A DNA stretch of 64,000 nucleotides from an uncultured Planctomycetaceae bacterium (GTDB lineage Bacteria; Planctomycetota; Planctomycetia; Pirellulales; PALSA-1355): NCBI GenBank assembly GCA_963785305.1, contig CAWAUV010000004.1, forward strand, positions 1 to 64,000. Reading direction: 5' to 3'. The position numbers and the translations under genes are program-made. Below the pieces are notes generated by a model that saw only the letters and a list, made by a program, of their open reading frames with translations, had not been told where the DNA came from and ran no database searches. Of this stretch, positions 54,791-64,000 are shown piece after piece (position 1 is the first letter of the stretch; each line of letters starts with the position of its first letter).

Positions 54791-56726
54791 CTAAGACGGC
54801 GCCACGATGGGAAGCGCTCCCGGATGGCGCGATGGCGACACGATGGGCGCGGCGGATCGGTCCGCGGGCGCATCGAGCACCGTATCCACGAAATAATACA
54901 AGAGGGCGCGCAAATCGTCGCCTTCGATCGCGTCGGCAACCGACTCGGCCCGCGCTCGATATTTGTCGACCAATCGCTCGGCCTTTTCGAATACCGCGGC
55001 TTTTTCATAAAGTCGCCGCACGCCCTGCAAGCGACCGGCCGCGTCGCTCGACGCCGCGGCGGCGTCCAAGGGACGCGGGTTCTTCGTGGACACTTCGTCG
55101 GCTTCGGCGGCGGAATTCGCTTCAGGCGCCACGAGCCGATACAGCTCGTCGCGATCCGGGCCTTCGAGCGCTTCTCCGGCCAGGGCCAAGAGCACCGTCG
55201 GCCGGCCCGAAAGCACATCGGCGCCGGCGGTGAGCTTGTTGTGCGCGTCGCCTCGCCAGTCGGCCAGGTCGTTCAAGATCTGGAAGGCGACGCCCAAGTG
55301 CCGGGCAAACTGCGCGAGTGGCTCGGTCAAAGACGAGGCGTCGCCGGCCAATCGGGCGCCGACATACAGCGCGGCCTCGAACGCCGGCGCGGTCTTGAGC
55401 GCATAAATCTTGAGCGCGTCGAGCGGCGAGAGACGCTTGTCCGCGGCGTCGCGCCATAGGAGCTCGGCGCCTTGGCCCTCGGCGAGCTTCATGTGGGCGT
55501 CGGCCAGACAATTCAGAATGTCGGCGGCCACGGCCGGGCCGAGTGGCTCGGTTTCACGGCTCACCATTCGGTAGCCGAGTCCGATCATGTAGTCGCCCAC
55601 ATTGATCGCCGTCGAGACGCCATAGCGGCGATGCACGGTCGCGTTTCCATAGCGAAAGGCGTCGTCGTCTTCGATATCGTCGTGAACGAGCGATGCTTTG
55701 TGAAAGATTTCGATCGCGAGGGCAGCCCGCTTGATGGGCAGCGGCAGCGCGGCGAGATGCTCGGCCCCGCCGGCCAACATGCCGGCGCCGCCGGTAAGCG
55801 CGTCGTGCACCGAGAGCGTGATGAATGGCCGCGAGTATTTGCCACCCTGGGCGAGAAAGTCGTAGGCGATGGCTTCGGTGGCGGCCAGCGGGTCGAGTGA
55901 GCGGGCATCGAGCGAGCCACCGGCGGTCGAACGCACGCGCGGCAGTAGCGTTTCAAGTTGCTCGCGCTCGAACATCGCGGCCGCGGCGCGCATCAAATGC
56001 ACATAGGTGCGAGTCGGTGCGCTCGTCTGTCGGTGTTCCAAATGGATCATTTCCTTGACCCAGGCGTCGTCGACCGAGGTGTTGCGGCAATCGCTCGACA
56101 GGAGCGGCACCGCCATGCAAGGAATGCCGGCCAGGAGAATCTTGTCGATCGCCTTTTCGAGCACATTCAGGCAAGCGACGCCGACAATCGCGTCGACATA
56201 GCCGCCCACGATGATCTTGAGCACCAGGGGCGAGCCTTCGGCCACGAGCACTTTGTAGCCGAGACTTTCAGCCTGCGCCGCGATAGTCGGCAATGCTGCA
56301 GGCGCCGCAGCGCTTGCAGTCGAGGCCATATTCGTCGTAATCGGCCGGGCAGCCTTCGGCATGTTTCAAACAATGCGGCAAGAGAAACAGCCGCCGCGAG
56401 GGCGGAACCGCCGCCACTTGGTCGCGCCAAAATTCGGTCGCCAACGCGACCATCGTCCAGCCCAAAAAGCCTTCGGCAAGTCCTTGGCTCGCCAATAGGT
56501 CGCGGGCGATGCGTTCGAGTTCGTCTTTGCCGGCGGGCCGACTTTTGTCGAGCTGGGCGACGCGCTCGGCGGCCGCGGACTTGAGCTGCTCGCGCAGTGC
56601 AAGCGGCTCGGGAACCAATTTTAAATGGCTCGTGCCGCGCCGACGTGGTTTTGCGGCCGGCGCCGACGAAGACAAGTTCGAATCGCCGCCCGGCGACGAC
56701 GAGGAATCAGACAGGGCAATCGCCAA
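54791..56726 (-). CDS. DUF116-like Cys-rich domain fused to a polyprenyl synthetase, frameshift ~56275
   Basis: LPHCL..C..CKRCGACSI...GVAC, then GGKYSRP, SLVHDDIEDDD..RYG, GQG, KT and FQILNDLAD. Confidence 0.88.
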
Positions 56727-58774
56727 GGGTGCGCTCGCTTATGGTGTTCGGGACAGACGATGTCGCCACGCCGGCTTTCGGGTCGTCGGATGCTTGTGGC
56801 GGTTTGGGTGGGGCAGCCGCTATCGACGCCAAGTTCAGCTCTTGCGAGGCGGCGCCTTCCGGGGTTCGAGGCGCAAGCGATCGCGTGGCCCGTCCTAGCG
56901 CGGCGACGGTCATAATCAGCGGATAGAGCCTCTCATAATACCATAACTTCGCGAAGTAGAAACCAATTGGCGACGTTTCGCGATGCCGGCCGGCTTCAAC
57001 CGCTTCGACCAAAAACTCAATTCCACGTTCGGCAGCGGCCCGATGCTCGCCGCGGCGAGGGACACATTCCCCCTCGGAAGAGAGGATCGCTTCCACCGCG
57101 AGCGCGGTTTCTTCGATACTCGACCCGAGCGAGGGAGCGCGGGAAGTGTTTTCGGAGACTCTTATTGCGGAATCGATCCGGCTGGCGTCCGAGGGCAGTC
57201 CTGCGCGGTTCGCCGCCCCAGCCGCCATCGGCGTTTTGCGCTCAGCAGCCAATTCATTCCCCGGGCAAACGGAGCGGCCGAGAGCCGATCCAGGGCGGCA
57301 TAGGCCAGCAGCACCCGGGCCGTGCCATAGACCGGGTTTGATTCGTCGGCTTCATGCTGATTGCCAAACCAGAGCGGCGCCCAACTGCCGTCGGGCCGTT
57401 GGGCCTGTTCCAAATAGAGAAATCCGGCCTCGATGGCCGAGGCCCATCGCTCCGCGCCCGCGAGGTCTTGCCAAGCGCCGAGTGCCCGCAGGGCGTGAGC
57501 CGTGAGATCGGGGCCACTGCGGTCGAAGGGTAAACTTCCCCACCCGCGACAAAAGGTCGGCCAGCCGCCGTCGCGATTTTGCAAATCGAGCAGCCACTCG
57601 ACGCCACGCGCCGCCGCTTGCCGAAGCCGGCCAACCGCCGGCGGAGCGGGCCACGATTCACCGACGATGGCGCCGGGGCGCTGCTCGCCGGGTCGCGAGG
57701 CGTCGCAATGCCAATGGCTCAGGGCCAAGAGGGCGCCCGCGGTGTCATCGGCGTCGGGCACTCCGCCGGGCAGGTCGGTCCAGGCCCAGCGCCGGCCGCG
57801 GCGCCGGTGTAGACATGTTCGAATTGGCCCTGGCAATCGAGCAGCCATTCGAGGCAATCGAGCCGGCTCACCGCTTCGCCGCCCGCGGCCAGGGCATTGA
57901 TCGCCAACGTGGTGTTCCAAGTGGCGAGATCGATATCGATCGGCCAACTGCCATCGTCGTGCGCCGCGTCGAACAGAAACCGCAGCCCCTTGATCGCCAC
58001 CGGATGTTCGCCGCGGCCCATGCCGGCCAGGCTCATGACCACGAAGCTCGTGAGTGGAATCGCTTCGAGATATCCCCCGCTGGCCGGCTGCTTGGCCGCG
58101 AGCACCGCCAAGGTTCGATCAATCACGCACGAGCGAGCCAGCCGCGTGATGGGGTTGAGCGGTTTGCGAAAATGATGCTTCACTTGCCCAATCGCCACGA
58201 GCGCCGGCACGGCATAGCTCACCACCGGCATGCGGGCCGCGGCCCAAAAACGCCGCGGCAGCGCCGCGAGCTCAAATGGCAAGCTAGGCACGTCTCGCCA
58301 AGCAACCAGACCGGCCAGGGCCATGTTGGCCAAGATCGGAGCGGCGAATGTCTTGTCGCGGCCATAGCGCCGGCGCAGGCCGTCGACGCCGCCCGCGCGC
58401 GTAATATAAATTTCGGCCGCCGCAATCGCCCCGGCAAATTCGGGCGGCTCGCCCACCAGCCGCAGAGCTGCTCGGGCGAGCATGGTGGTGGCGATATTCG
58501 AGAGACTCTTGTCGGTGTCGCCCCAGCCGCCATCGGAGTTCTGTAGCCGCGCGAGCCATGCGACGCCGCGCGCGATCAGCCGCTCGAATTCCGGTCGCCG
58601 CTCCTCGCCGCCGCGTATCGTTCGCGACATTAGCGTCAGAGCGCTGATCGCCGTGGCGGTCGAAAGCGGACTGCTCGCCAGTTCGCCGGTCCAATGGCCC
58701 TGGGCGTTGCGCTCGGCGAGCAAATCTCGCCGGGCCATGTCGTATGCCGCCAGGAGCCGATCCGCCTCGAACAT
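56707..58774 (-). CDS. Squalene-hopene-cyclase-like class II terpene cyclase, frameshifts ~57790 and ~57245
   Basis: GHWTGEL, QW repeats (QNSDGGW, QNRDGGW, QRPDGSW), catalytic PDADDT and [17 protein letters not shown]. Confidence 0.88.
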
Positions 58775-58953
58775 TAATGCCTCGAACAAATGTCGGCAAA
58801 AAACCGCGACGCCGGCTCGATGGCGCACGATGCCCGGAGGGAATCGCCGCACAAGCCGCCATTGAGTCTAAATAGGCAAGCAGGGCGTGTCGAGCAGGCT
58901 TGGGGGGTGGGCACACGACGGCCGCATCGCGTTTCGGTGTTCCAGCCTCCGGG

Positions 58954-60261
58954 TCAGAGGCGGATAAAAATCCGTTGTCGATACAGCCAGTAACATACCA
59001 GCCACATTGCCAGGAGCACCGCGGAACTCTCGACCAGCGGGGCATGGGCGACGCCAAACACGGAGCCGTCGGCGCAAAATCGAGGCAAAATCGTCGGTCC
59101 GAAATGGGTCTTAAGCGTGTGCAAAATCCAGTCGGGCGAAAGCTCGGCCATGACGTACATGACAATCGAATTCATGCCCACCACCACCAGCGGCAGCGTC
59201 CACCGGCGCCAGCCGCGAAGGTCGATCACGAAATAAAACATGGCCAACAGGATGCTTGTCGTGCCGGCGGCGAAGATCGTCCAGCTCGGGGTCCAGATGC
59301 GTTTGACGAGGGGACATGCGCCGGTCGCCGCCCAAAGCAATCCGGCGGCGACGCCAACGAGCCCCCAAGCGACCAGCCGTCGGAATTTCGCGTTGCCCGT
59401 CAGGGGCCCTCGAAGCAGCCCGCCGGCCAAGAGGCCGAAGATCATGGTGGCGAGCGATGGAAGAAAGTTGAGCGTCAGATAGCCGCCGCGGTTGAAGACA
59501 AATGGCCGCGAACGGGGAAACAAGTTCAGGAACCAAGTATCGAACGCGGCGCCGAAATTCGAGTTCTTATCCCAGTGGGCGCCGAATCCCAGTGGATGAT
59601 AGGGCCAGTCGGCCGGCACGCCCACGGCCGGAAAATCGAAGGCCGGCCCCGGCGCCGGATACACGGCGAACAGCAGCCAGTCGACCGCCAGAATCGCCGC
59701 CGCCGCAATCCACCGCGCTCGCGCCGACCGCTGGCTCAGCAAGTACACGAAGAAATAGCCGAGCCCAATCTGCGTGAGCACGTCTTCGAAGGTGAAGTTG
59801 GTCTCGGTCGTATTGCGCGAACGGAGAAAGATTCCCAGCAACACCAGTTCCAATGCGCGCGCCGCCGCATGGCGCGCGAGCGCGGCGGTCGATTGGCCGC
59901 GGGCGCGGCGGCTGGCCTGTGAATACGCGGCCGCCACGCCGACCATGAACATGAACGAAGGCTGAATCAGGTCCCAGAGCGAGCAGCCTTGCCACGGCAC
60001 ATGTTCGACTTGGAACTTCACCGCTTGCCAAACAAGGTTTTCCGGAAAACTTTCGGCGACGCGGGCAAGCCCGAGCCCGCCCGAGGCCATGAGCAACATC
60101 GCCAAGCCGCGATAGGCGTCGAGCGACACAAGCCGGTCACTCCGCGAGCCGTGCACATTCATCGCCGCGGCCGCATTGCCGGATCGCGTTTCTTGCTCGC
60201 TCGGCGGGCTCGTGTCCGAGCGCGGCGGCGGGTCGTGAGAGTTTCCAGCGTCGCGCATCAT
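58954..60261 (-). CDS. Membrane acyltransferase (heparan-alpha-glucosaminide N-acetyltransferase-like)
   Basis: RLVSLDAYRG, HVPWQG..WDLIQPSFMF, KRIWTPS and GMNSIVMY; many TM segments. Confidence 0.85.
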   Translation of the reverse strand: MMRDAGNSHDPPPRSDTSPPSEQETRSGNAAAAMNVHGSRSDRLVSLDAYRGLAMLLMASGGLGLARVAESFPENLVWQAVKFQVEHVPWQGCSLWDLIQPSFMFMVGVAAAYSQASRRARGQSTAALARHAAARALELVLLGIFLRSRNTTETNFTFEDVLTQIGLGYFFVYLLSQRSARARWIAAAAILAVDWLLFAVYPAPGPAFDFPAVGVPADWPYHPLGFGAHWDKNSNFGAAFDTWFLNLFPRSRPFVFNRGGYLTLNFLPSLATMIFGLLAGGLLRGPLTGNAKFRRLVAWGLVGVAAGLLWAATGACPLVKRIWTPSWTIFAAGTTSILLAMFYFVIDLRGWRRWTLPLVVVGMNSIVMYVMAELSPDWILHTLKTHFGPTILPRFCADGSVFGVAHAPLVESSAVLLAMWLVCYWLYRQRIFIRL

Positions 60262-60715
60262 GGATGGATTCCGATTCGAGCGTTGCCTTCAAGGGGGACG
60301 GCCATCGCCGGCAGGACTATTACCGCGATTGGATTCGCGCGATCGTGATATTGGCCGGATTGGGGCCGGTCTTGCAAAAATCTAATAACTTGGCCGGATG
60401 AATTTAAGAGATATGAAAAAAATTTTCGACGCCCACGAGCCAAGGCGTGGCTTGGCAATTCGTGCTTGTGCGCAATGCGTTGCGAATCATAACACATTCA
60501 GAATAAATGACTTACATTTCTAATGCCCGAGATCGCCCGTCGCGGAAATTCCAGGGTTTTGCTAGCAAGCCAGCGACGCGGTCCGCGGCTAACATTACAT
60601 TTTTGCGGGTATCCGCAACGGGTGATTGTATTTCGCTTGATGACTCGCTACGATTACGCGAACTGGCGTCCCTACTCGGGGTCGCTGAAGCGGATGGCAA
60701 CAGGAGGTTTGCTAC

Positions 60716-60943
60716 ATGTCATCAACGTACTTCGTTCAAGAATGTCCGACATGCGGCCGCGGTCTCCATGTGCGAGTCGAGTACCTGGGGCGACGGGTCG
60801 TTTGCCAACACTGCCACGCCGGATTCGAGGCGCTCGACCCGGCCACCGGCGCCACCCCCAGCAATGAATCGGGCCTGGGCCTATTGCGCCGCGCCGAAGA
60901 GCTGATCGAATCGTTCAACGCCCAAACTCGCGCGCAAAGCTAA
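60716..60943 (+). CDS. Small zinc-ribbon protein
   Basis: CPTCGR...CQHC; AGGAGG RBS. Confidence 0.85.
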   Translation: MSSTYFVQECPTCGRGLHVRVEYLGRRVVCQHCHAGFEALDPATGATPSNESGLGLLRRAEELIESFNAQTRAQS

Positions 60944-60994
60944 GAGCTGATCGAATCGCGTGAGTTGAGCTCGGCACACGATTGGCGAACACAC

Positions 60995-62284
60995 TCATCG
61001 GCGCCTGCTCATCAGCGCCGCCAAATCCTCGAAAAATCGCGGATATGTTTTCGCGGTGCAGCCGGGATTGTTGATCCTCACGCCCGGCTGCTTGAGGCCC
61101 ACCAGCGACAAGCTCATCGCCATGCGGTGATCTTCGTACGTATCGATCGCGGCGGCTCGTGGCGATCCCGGCGTGATTCGCAGGCCATCTTCGAATTCCT
61201 CGACCGTCGCGCCCAGCTTGCGCAGCTCCGTGGCCAAGGCCCCGATGCGGTCGGTTTCCTTGTGGCGAATGTGTCCCACCCCATGCACGGTCGTCGGCCC
61301 CTGGGCGAATAGCGCCACGGCGGCCAGGGTTTGCACGGTGTCGGAAATCGCGTTCATATTCACCGTCACGCCGCGCAGCGCTCCGCCCGAGACGCGCATT
61401 CCGTTCGGGGTCGCTTCCACGACGCAGCCCATCTGCTCCAGGCAATCGCAGAAGGCGACATCGCCCTGCAAGCTCGACCGCGTGAGGCCCTCGACCAGCA
61501 CGCTGCCGCCCACAATCGCGGCGGCGGCCCAAAAGTAACTCGCCGCCGAGGCATCGGGCTCGATCGCGAAGTCTTGCCCTTGATAGCGCGCCGGTTCAAT
61601 GGCAAAGCGTTCAAGATTCGGCGCCGCTTCGGCCGCCACGCCAAAGGCGCGCATCACGGCCAGCGTCATATGAACATAGGGCCGCGACACGAGCTCGCCC
61701 TCGATCTCGATCTCGAGCCGCTCGCGCGCATAGGGCGCTGCAAGCAGCAGACCGCTGAGAAACTGGCTCGACACATCGCCCCGCACGCGGGCCACGCCGC
61801 CGGCAAGACCCGCGGTTTCGATCACCACCGGCGGACAACCGCTGCCGGCCTCGCTCCGCGCATGCACACCCAGCGAGCCGAGCGCCGCGAGCAGGTCGCG
61901 AATCGGCCGCTCGCGCATGCGCGGCGTGCCGTCGAGCCGGTAGCGGCCTTGGCCGAGCGCGACGAGCGCCGTGAGAAATCGCACCGTGGTGCCGCTGTTG
62001 GCGACATACAATTCGGCCTCGCGAGCCGGAATATGCCCGGCCGAGCCCGTCACTTCCAGCCGAGCGGCCGGCCAGTCCGCCGCGATGGCGATGCCCAGAC
62101 GCTCGAGCGCCGCGACCATGACTCGGGTGTCCTCGCTGTCGAGCGCGCCGCTTAAGATAGACCGGCCCTGGGCCAAAGCGGCGCATGCGAGCGCGCGGTT
62201 CGTGATGCTCTTGGAGCCCGGCGGGCGAACGCGGGCATCGAGCGGGCCGGCGATGGGGTCGATCGTCAGCGAATTTTGGGTCAT
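60995..62284 (-). CDS. aroA: 3-phosphoshikimate 1-carboxyvinyltransferase
   Basis: PGSKSITNR, NSGTTVRF, SSQF, RHKETDR and DHRMAMS. Confidence 0.96.
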   Translation of the reverse strand: MTQNSLTIDPIAGPLDARVRPPGSKSITNRALACAALAQGRSILSGALDSEDTRVMVAALERLGIAIAADWPAARLEVTGSAGHIPAREAELYVANSGTTVRFLTALVALGQGRYRLDGTPRMRERPIRDLLAALGSLGVHARSEAGSGCPPVVIETAGLAGGVARVRGDVSSQFLSGLLLAAPYARERLEIEIEGELVSRPYVHMTLAVMRAFGVAAEAAPNLERFAIEPARYQGQDFAIEPDASAASYFWAAAAIVGGSVLVEGLTRSSLQGDVAFCDCLEQMGCVVEATPNGMRVSGGALRGVTVNMNAISDTVQTLAAVALFAQGPTTVHGVGHIRHKETDRIGALATELRKLGATVEEFEDGLRITPGSPRAAAIDTYEDHRMAMSLSLVGLKQPGVRINNPGCTAKTYPRFFEDLAALMSRRR

Positions 62285-62498
62285 GAGAATGATGCCGGGA
62301 TCGTTGGGTCCCGGATGGGCCGTGTAGCGCGAATACCATCGACCGTGGCCAGCGCTCGATGGATTGCAAAGCTCGTCCGCCGTGGCCGAATTGTACCGCC
62401 GGCCTCCGCCAGACGAAAGCCGCGCCCGGGGGAGAATCACCGCCGATCGCGGCCGCGTCGCTAGAAAGTGCTGAAGCGCTGATCGACGAACGCTTCCG

Positions 62499-63128
62499 CT
62501 ACCAAGGGATCTCCATCAACGAAACCACTTGCACCGCGATTTTTTGCACCAAGCTCTCCATGGTGGTCACGGTCGACTGGCCGTATTCCGGAATGTATTC
62601 CGTGCTGGCGGTCAGAGACACGGCGTCGGGCGGAAGCGGAATCTTGCCGCCGGTGGTGGCGCCCACATAGTCGCCCTTGCGGTCGAGCCAGGCGACTTGC
62701 ACCGTCATCGAGACATTGTTCTCGCGCGGCTGGTCGTTTTGATCTTCCACCACCACGCGTTTCGTGTCGACGAGAATCTTGCCGATCAGCACGCTATCGG
62801 CGTCGGCCGAGCTCACGACTTTGTACGGCGTCTTCAGCTCGATTTCCTTGACGACCGCTTCGGTAAGCTGCTCACCGAGTCCGCGGCGAAAACTGTCGGA
62901 CTCGAACACCGGCACATAGACCGTATGCACATCGGGCGGATACAGGGCCGCATTGCCGAAGCGATAGCGGGCGCAGCCACCCAGGGCGCAGATCGCCACC
63001 AAGCCCCAGACGCACGCCGCCAGCCAGCGCCGCCGTTGCCCCGGGCGCCGAGCTCGCGCGCCGCGATCGCGCGCGAAGGGCGAGCGCGGAAAGGGCGCCG
63101 GCGAGTTCAAGCGATGTGCGAGGAGCAT
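62499..63128 (-). CDS. lptE: LptE-family LPS-assembly lipoprotein
   Basis: LGGC lipobox, TVYVPVF, LTEAV and ADSVLIGKI. Confidence 0.75.
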   Translation of the reverse strand: MLLAHRLNSPAPFPRSPFARDRGARARRPGQRRRWLAACVWGLVAICALGGCARYRFGNAALYPPDVHTVYVPVFESDSFRRGLGEQLTEAVVKEIELKTPYKVVSSADADSVLIGKILVDTKRVVVEDQNDQPRENNVSMTVQVAWLDRKGDYVGATTGGKIPLPPDAVSLTASTEYIPEYGQSTVTTMESLVQKIAVQVVSLMEIPW

Positions 63129-63171
63129 GGCGATCGGTTTCCTGCGCGGAATTCCCGGTGGCGTCGGGAGG

Positions 63172-64000
63172 TCAGCGAGTGGTGGTCGTGCTCGGGGGAG
63201 CCGCGACCATCACCGGCCCGGCCCGCTTCGAGTGTGGCAGAAGTTTTTCGACCCAGGCGAACGGTGGCGTGGGCGAATCGGGCAGGCCCTTGGCCGCATC
63301 GACCTTGGCCTGGGCGTCGACGGCGAGCTTCGTGCCGGGATACTCGGAGACCACGTTTTTGAAATGCGTTTTCGCGGCGCCGTAGTACTTCGTGTTGAAG
63401 TAGTATTCGCCCATTCGGAACTCGCGGAGGGCAAATTGAGCCTGAATCTCGGCTCGCACCTCCTTGATCCGCTCGCGTTCGGCGCCCAGGTCGCGATCGA
63501 ATTGCGTGAGCAACTGCTCGGCCACGTCGTCGGATTCCTCGAGCGGCGCGTCCGTATAAACCGGGCCTTGGTAGCGGCGCAGCTTGGCTTGCAGGCCGAA
63601 GTAATGAGCGTTGAACTGATGTTCGCTCTTCGGATGGTCGCGGCGGAGCATCGTGTAGTAGTGGTCGGCGTCTTCCCAGTGCCCGTGGGTAAAGTGGAAG
63701 TTGGCCACGGCGAAGACGGAATCGTCGGCCAGCGGACCTTTCAAATCATTGATCCAGATGCTTTCGTAGCATTTGATCGCATGGCCGGCGGTGTCGAAAT
63801 GCGGCTGGCTCTTGTCGCGAAAGTTCGGCGTGATCGGCCAGTGCGGATGTTCGTCGTATTTGGCTTCCCAATAGCGGGCAATGGCGAACCGCCGCGACCA
63901 GACACTATCGAGCCGCGATGAGCCGGCGTATTTCTTGACGAGCATCGCGTAGGTGTCGTCGCTCTTGGGATACTCCTTGGCGAAGAAGTGTGACTCGGCG
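63172..64000 (-). CDS. BamD-like TPR outer-membrane assembly protein (5' end outside the window)
   Basis: TPR-like helices (EYYFNTKYYGAAKTHFKNVVSEYPGT); directly upstream of lptE. Confidence 0.7.
   Translation of the reverse strand, partial: AESHFFAKEYPKSDDTYAMLVKKYAGSSRLDSVWSRRFAIARYWEAKYDEHPHWPITPNFRDKSQPHFDTAGHAIKCYESIWINDLKGPLADDSVFAVANFHFTHGHWEDADHYYTMLRRDHPKSEHQFNAHYFGLQAKLRRYQGPVYTDAPLEESDDVAEQLLTQFDRDLGAERERIKEVRAEIQAQFALREFRMGEYYFNTKYYGAAKTHFKNVVSEYPGTKLAVDAQAKVDAAKGLPDSPTPPFAWVEKLLPHSKRAGPVMVAAPPSTTTTR

Noticed and set aside
56707..58774. Assigning the symbol shc and calling a hopanoid cluster
   Set aside because: No hpn or squalene-synthesis genes are adjacent and the motifs are divergent, so the substrate cannot be inferred
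1..64000. tRNA, rRNA, riboswitch, transposase, integrase or prophage genes
   Set aside because: None recognisable by eye; a covariance-model scan was not possible, so small RNAs cannot be excluded

Overview
GC-rich bacterial chromosomal window, most likely a Planctomycete (inferred from an SHD1-domain protein, a YTV-like repeat protein, a stand-alone nuoI, planctomycete-type REP hairpins and an lptE/bamD-like pair). Bases 1-557 are a foreign low-GC segment joined mid-gene to a class-V aminotransferase, probably a chimeric contig end. More than 20 otherwise intact genes carry single-base frameshifts, which suggests long-read consensus errors rather than decay. Housekeeping genes include fadB/fadA, gad, apt, a sigma-70 factor, ilvB, a TrmH methylase, a NUDIX hydrolase, aroA and a diadenylate cyclase. 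The best candidate for an undescribed system is a co-oriented minus-strand cluster at about 51.5-60.3 kb: membrane acyltransferase, divergent squalene-hopene-cyclase-like class II cyclase, Cys-rich DUF116-like/polyprenyl synthase fusion, chorismate-lyase-fold protein, CxxC-bearing GT4 and alginate-lyase-like protein. It lies next to aroA and no squalene synthase is present in the window, so it may make a cyclised, glycosylated (mero)terpenoid. Two microgenes missed by the ORF track were also found: a Tat-signal precursor of the 12-aa peptide GIVIVRRRRRRF with its own promoter, and a 40-aa histone-H1-like protein. Other finds are a MITE-like repeat family sitting on stop codons and a repeated 19-bp palindrome. 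No rRNA, tRNA, CRISPR array or transposase was seen. All family assignments come from motif recognition by eye, not from database searches.
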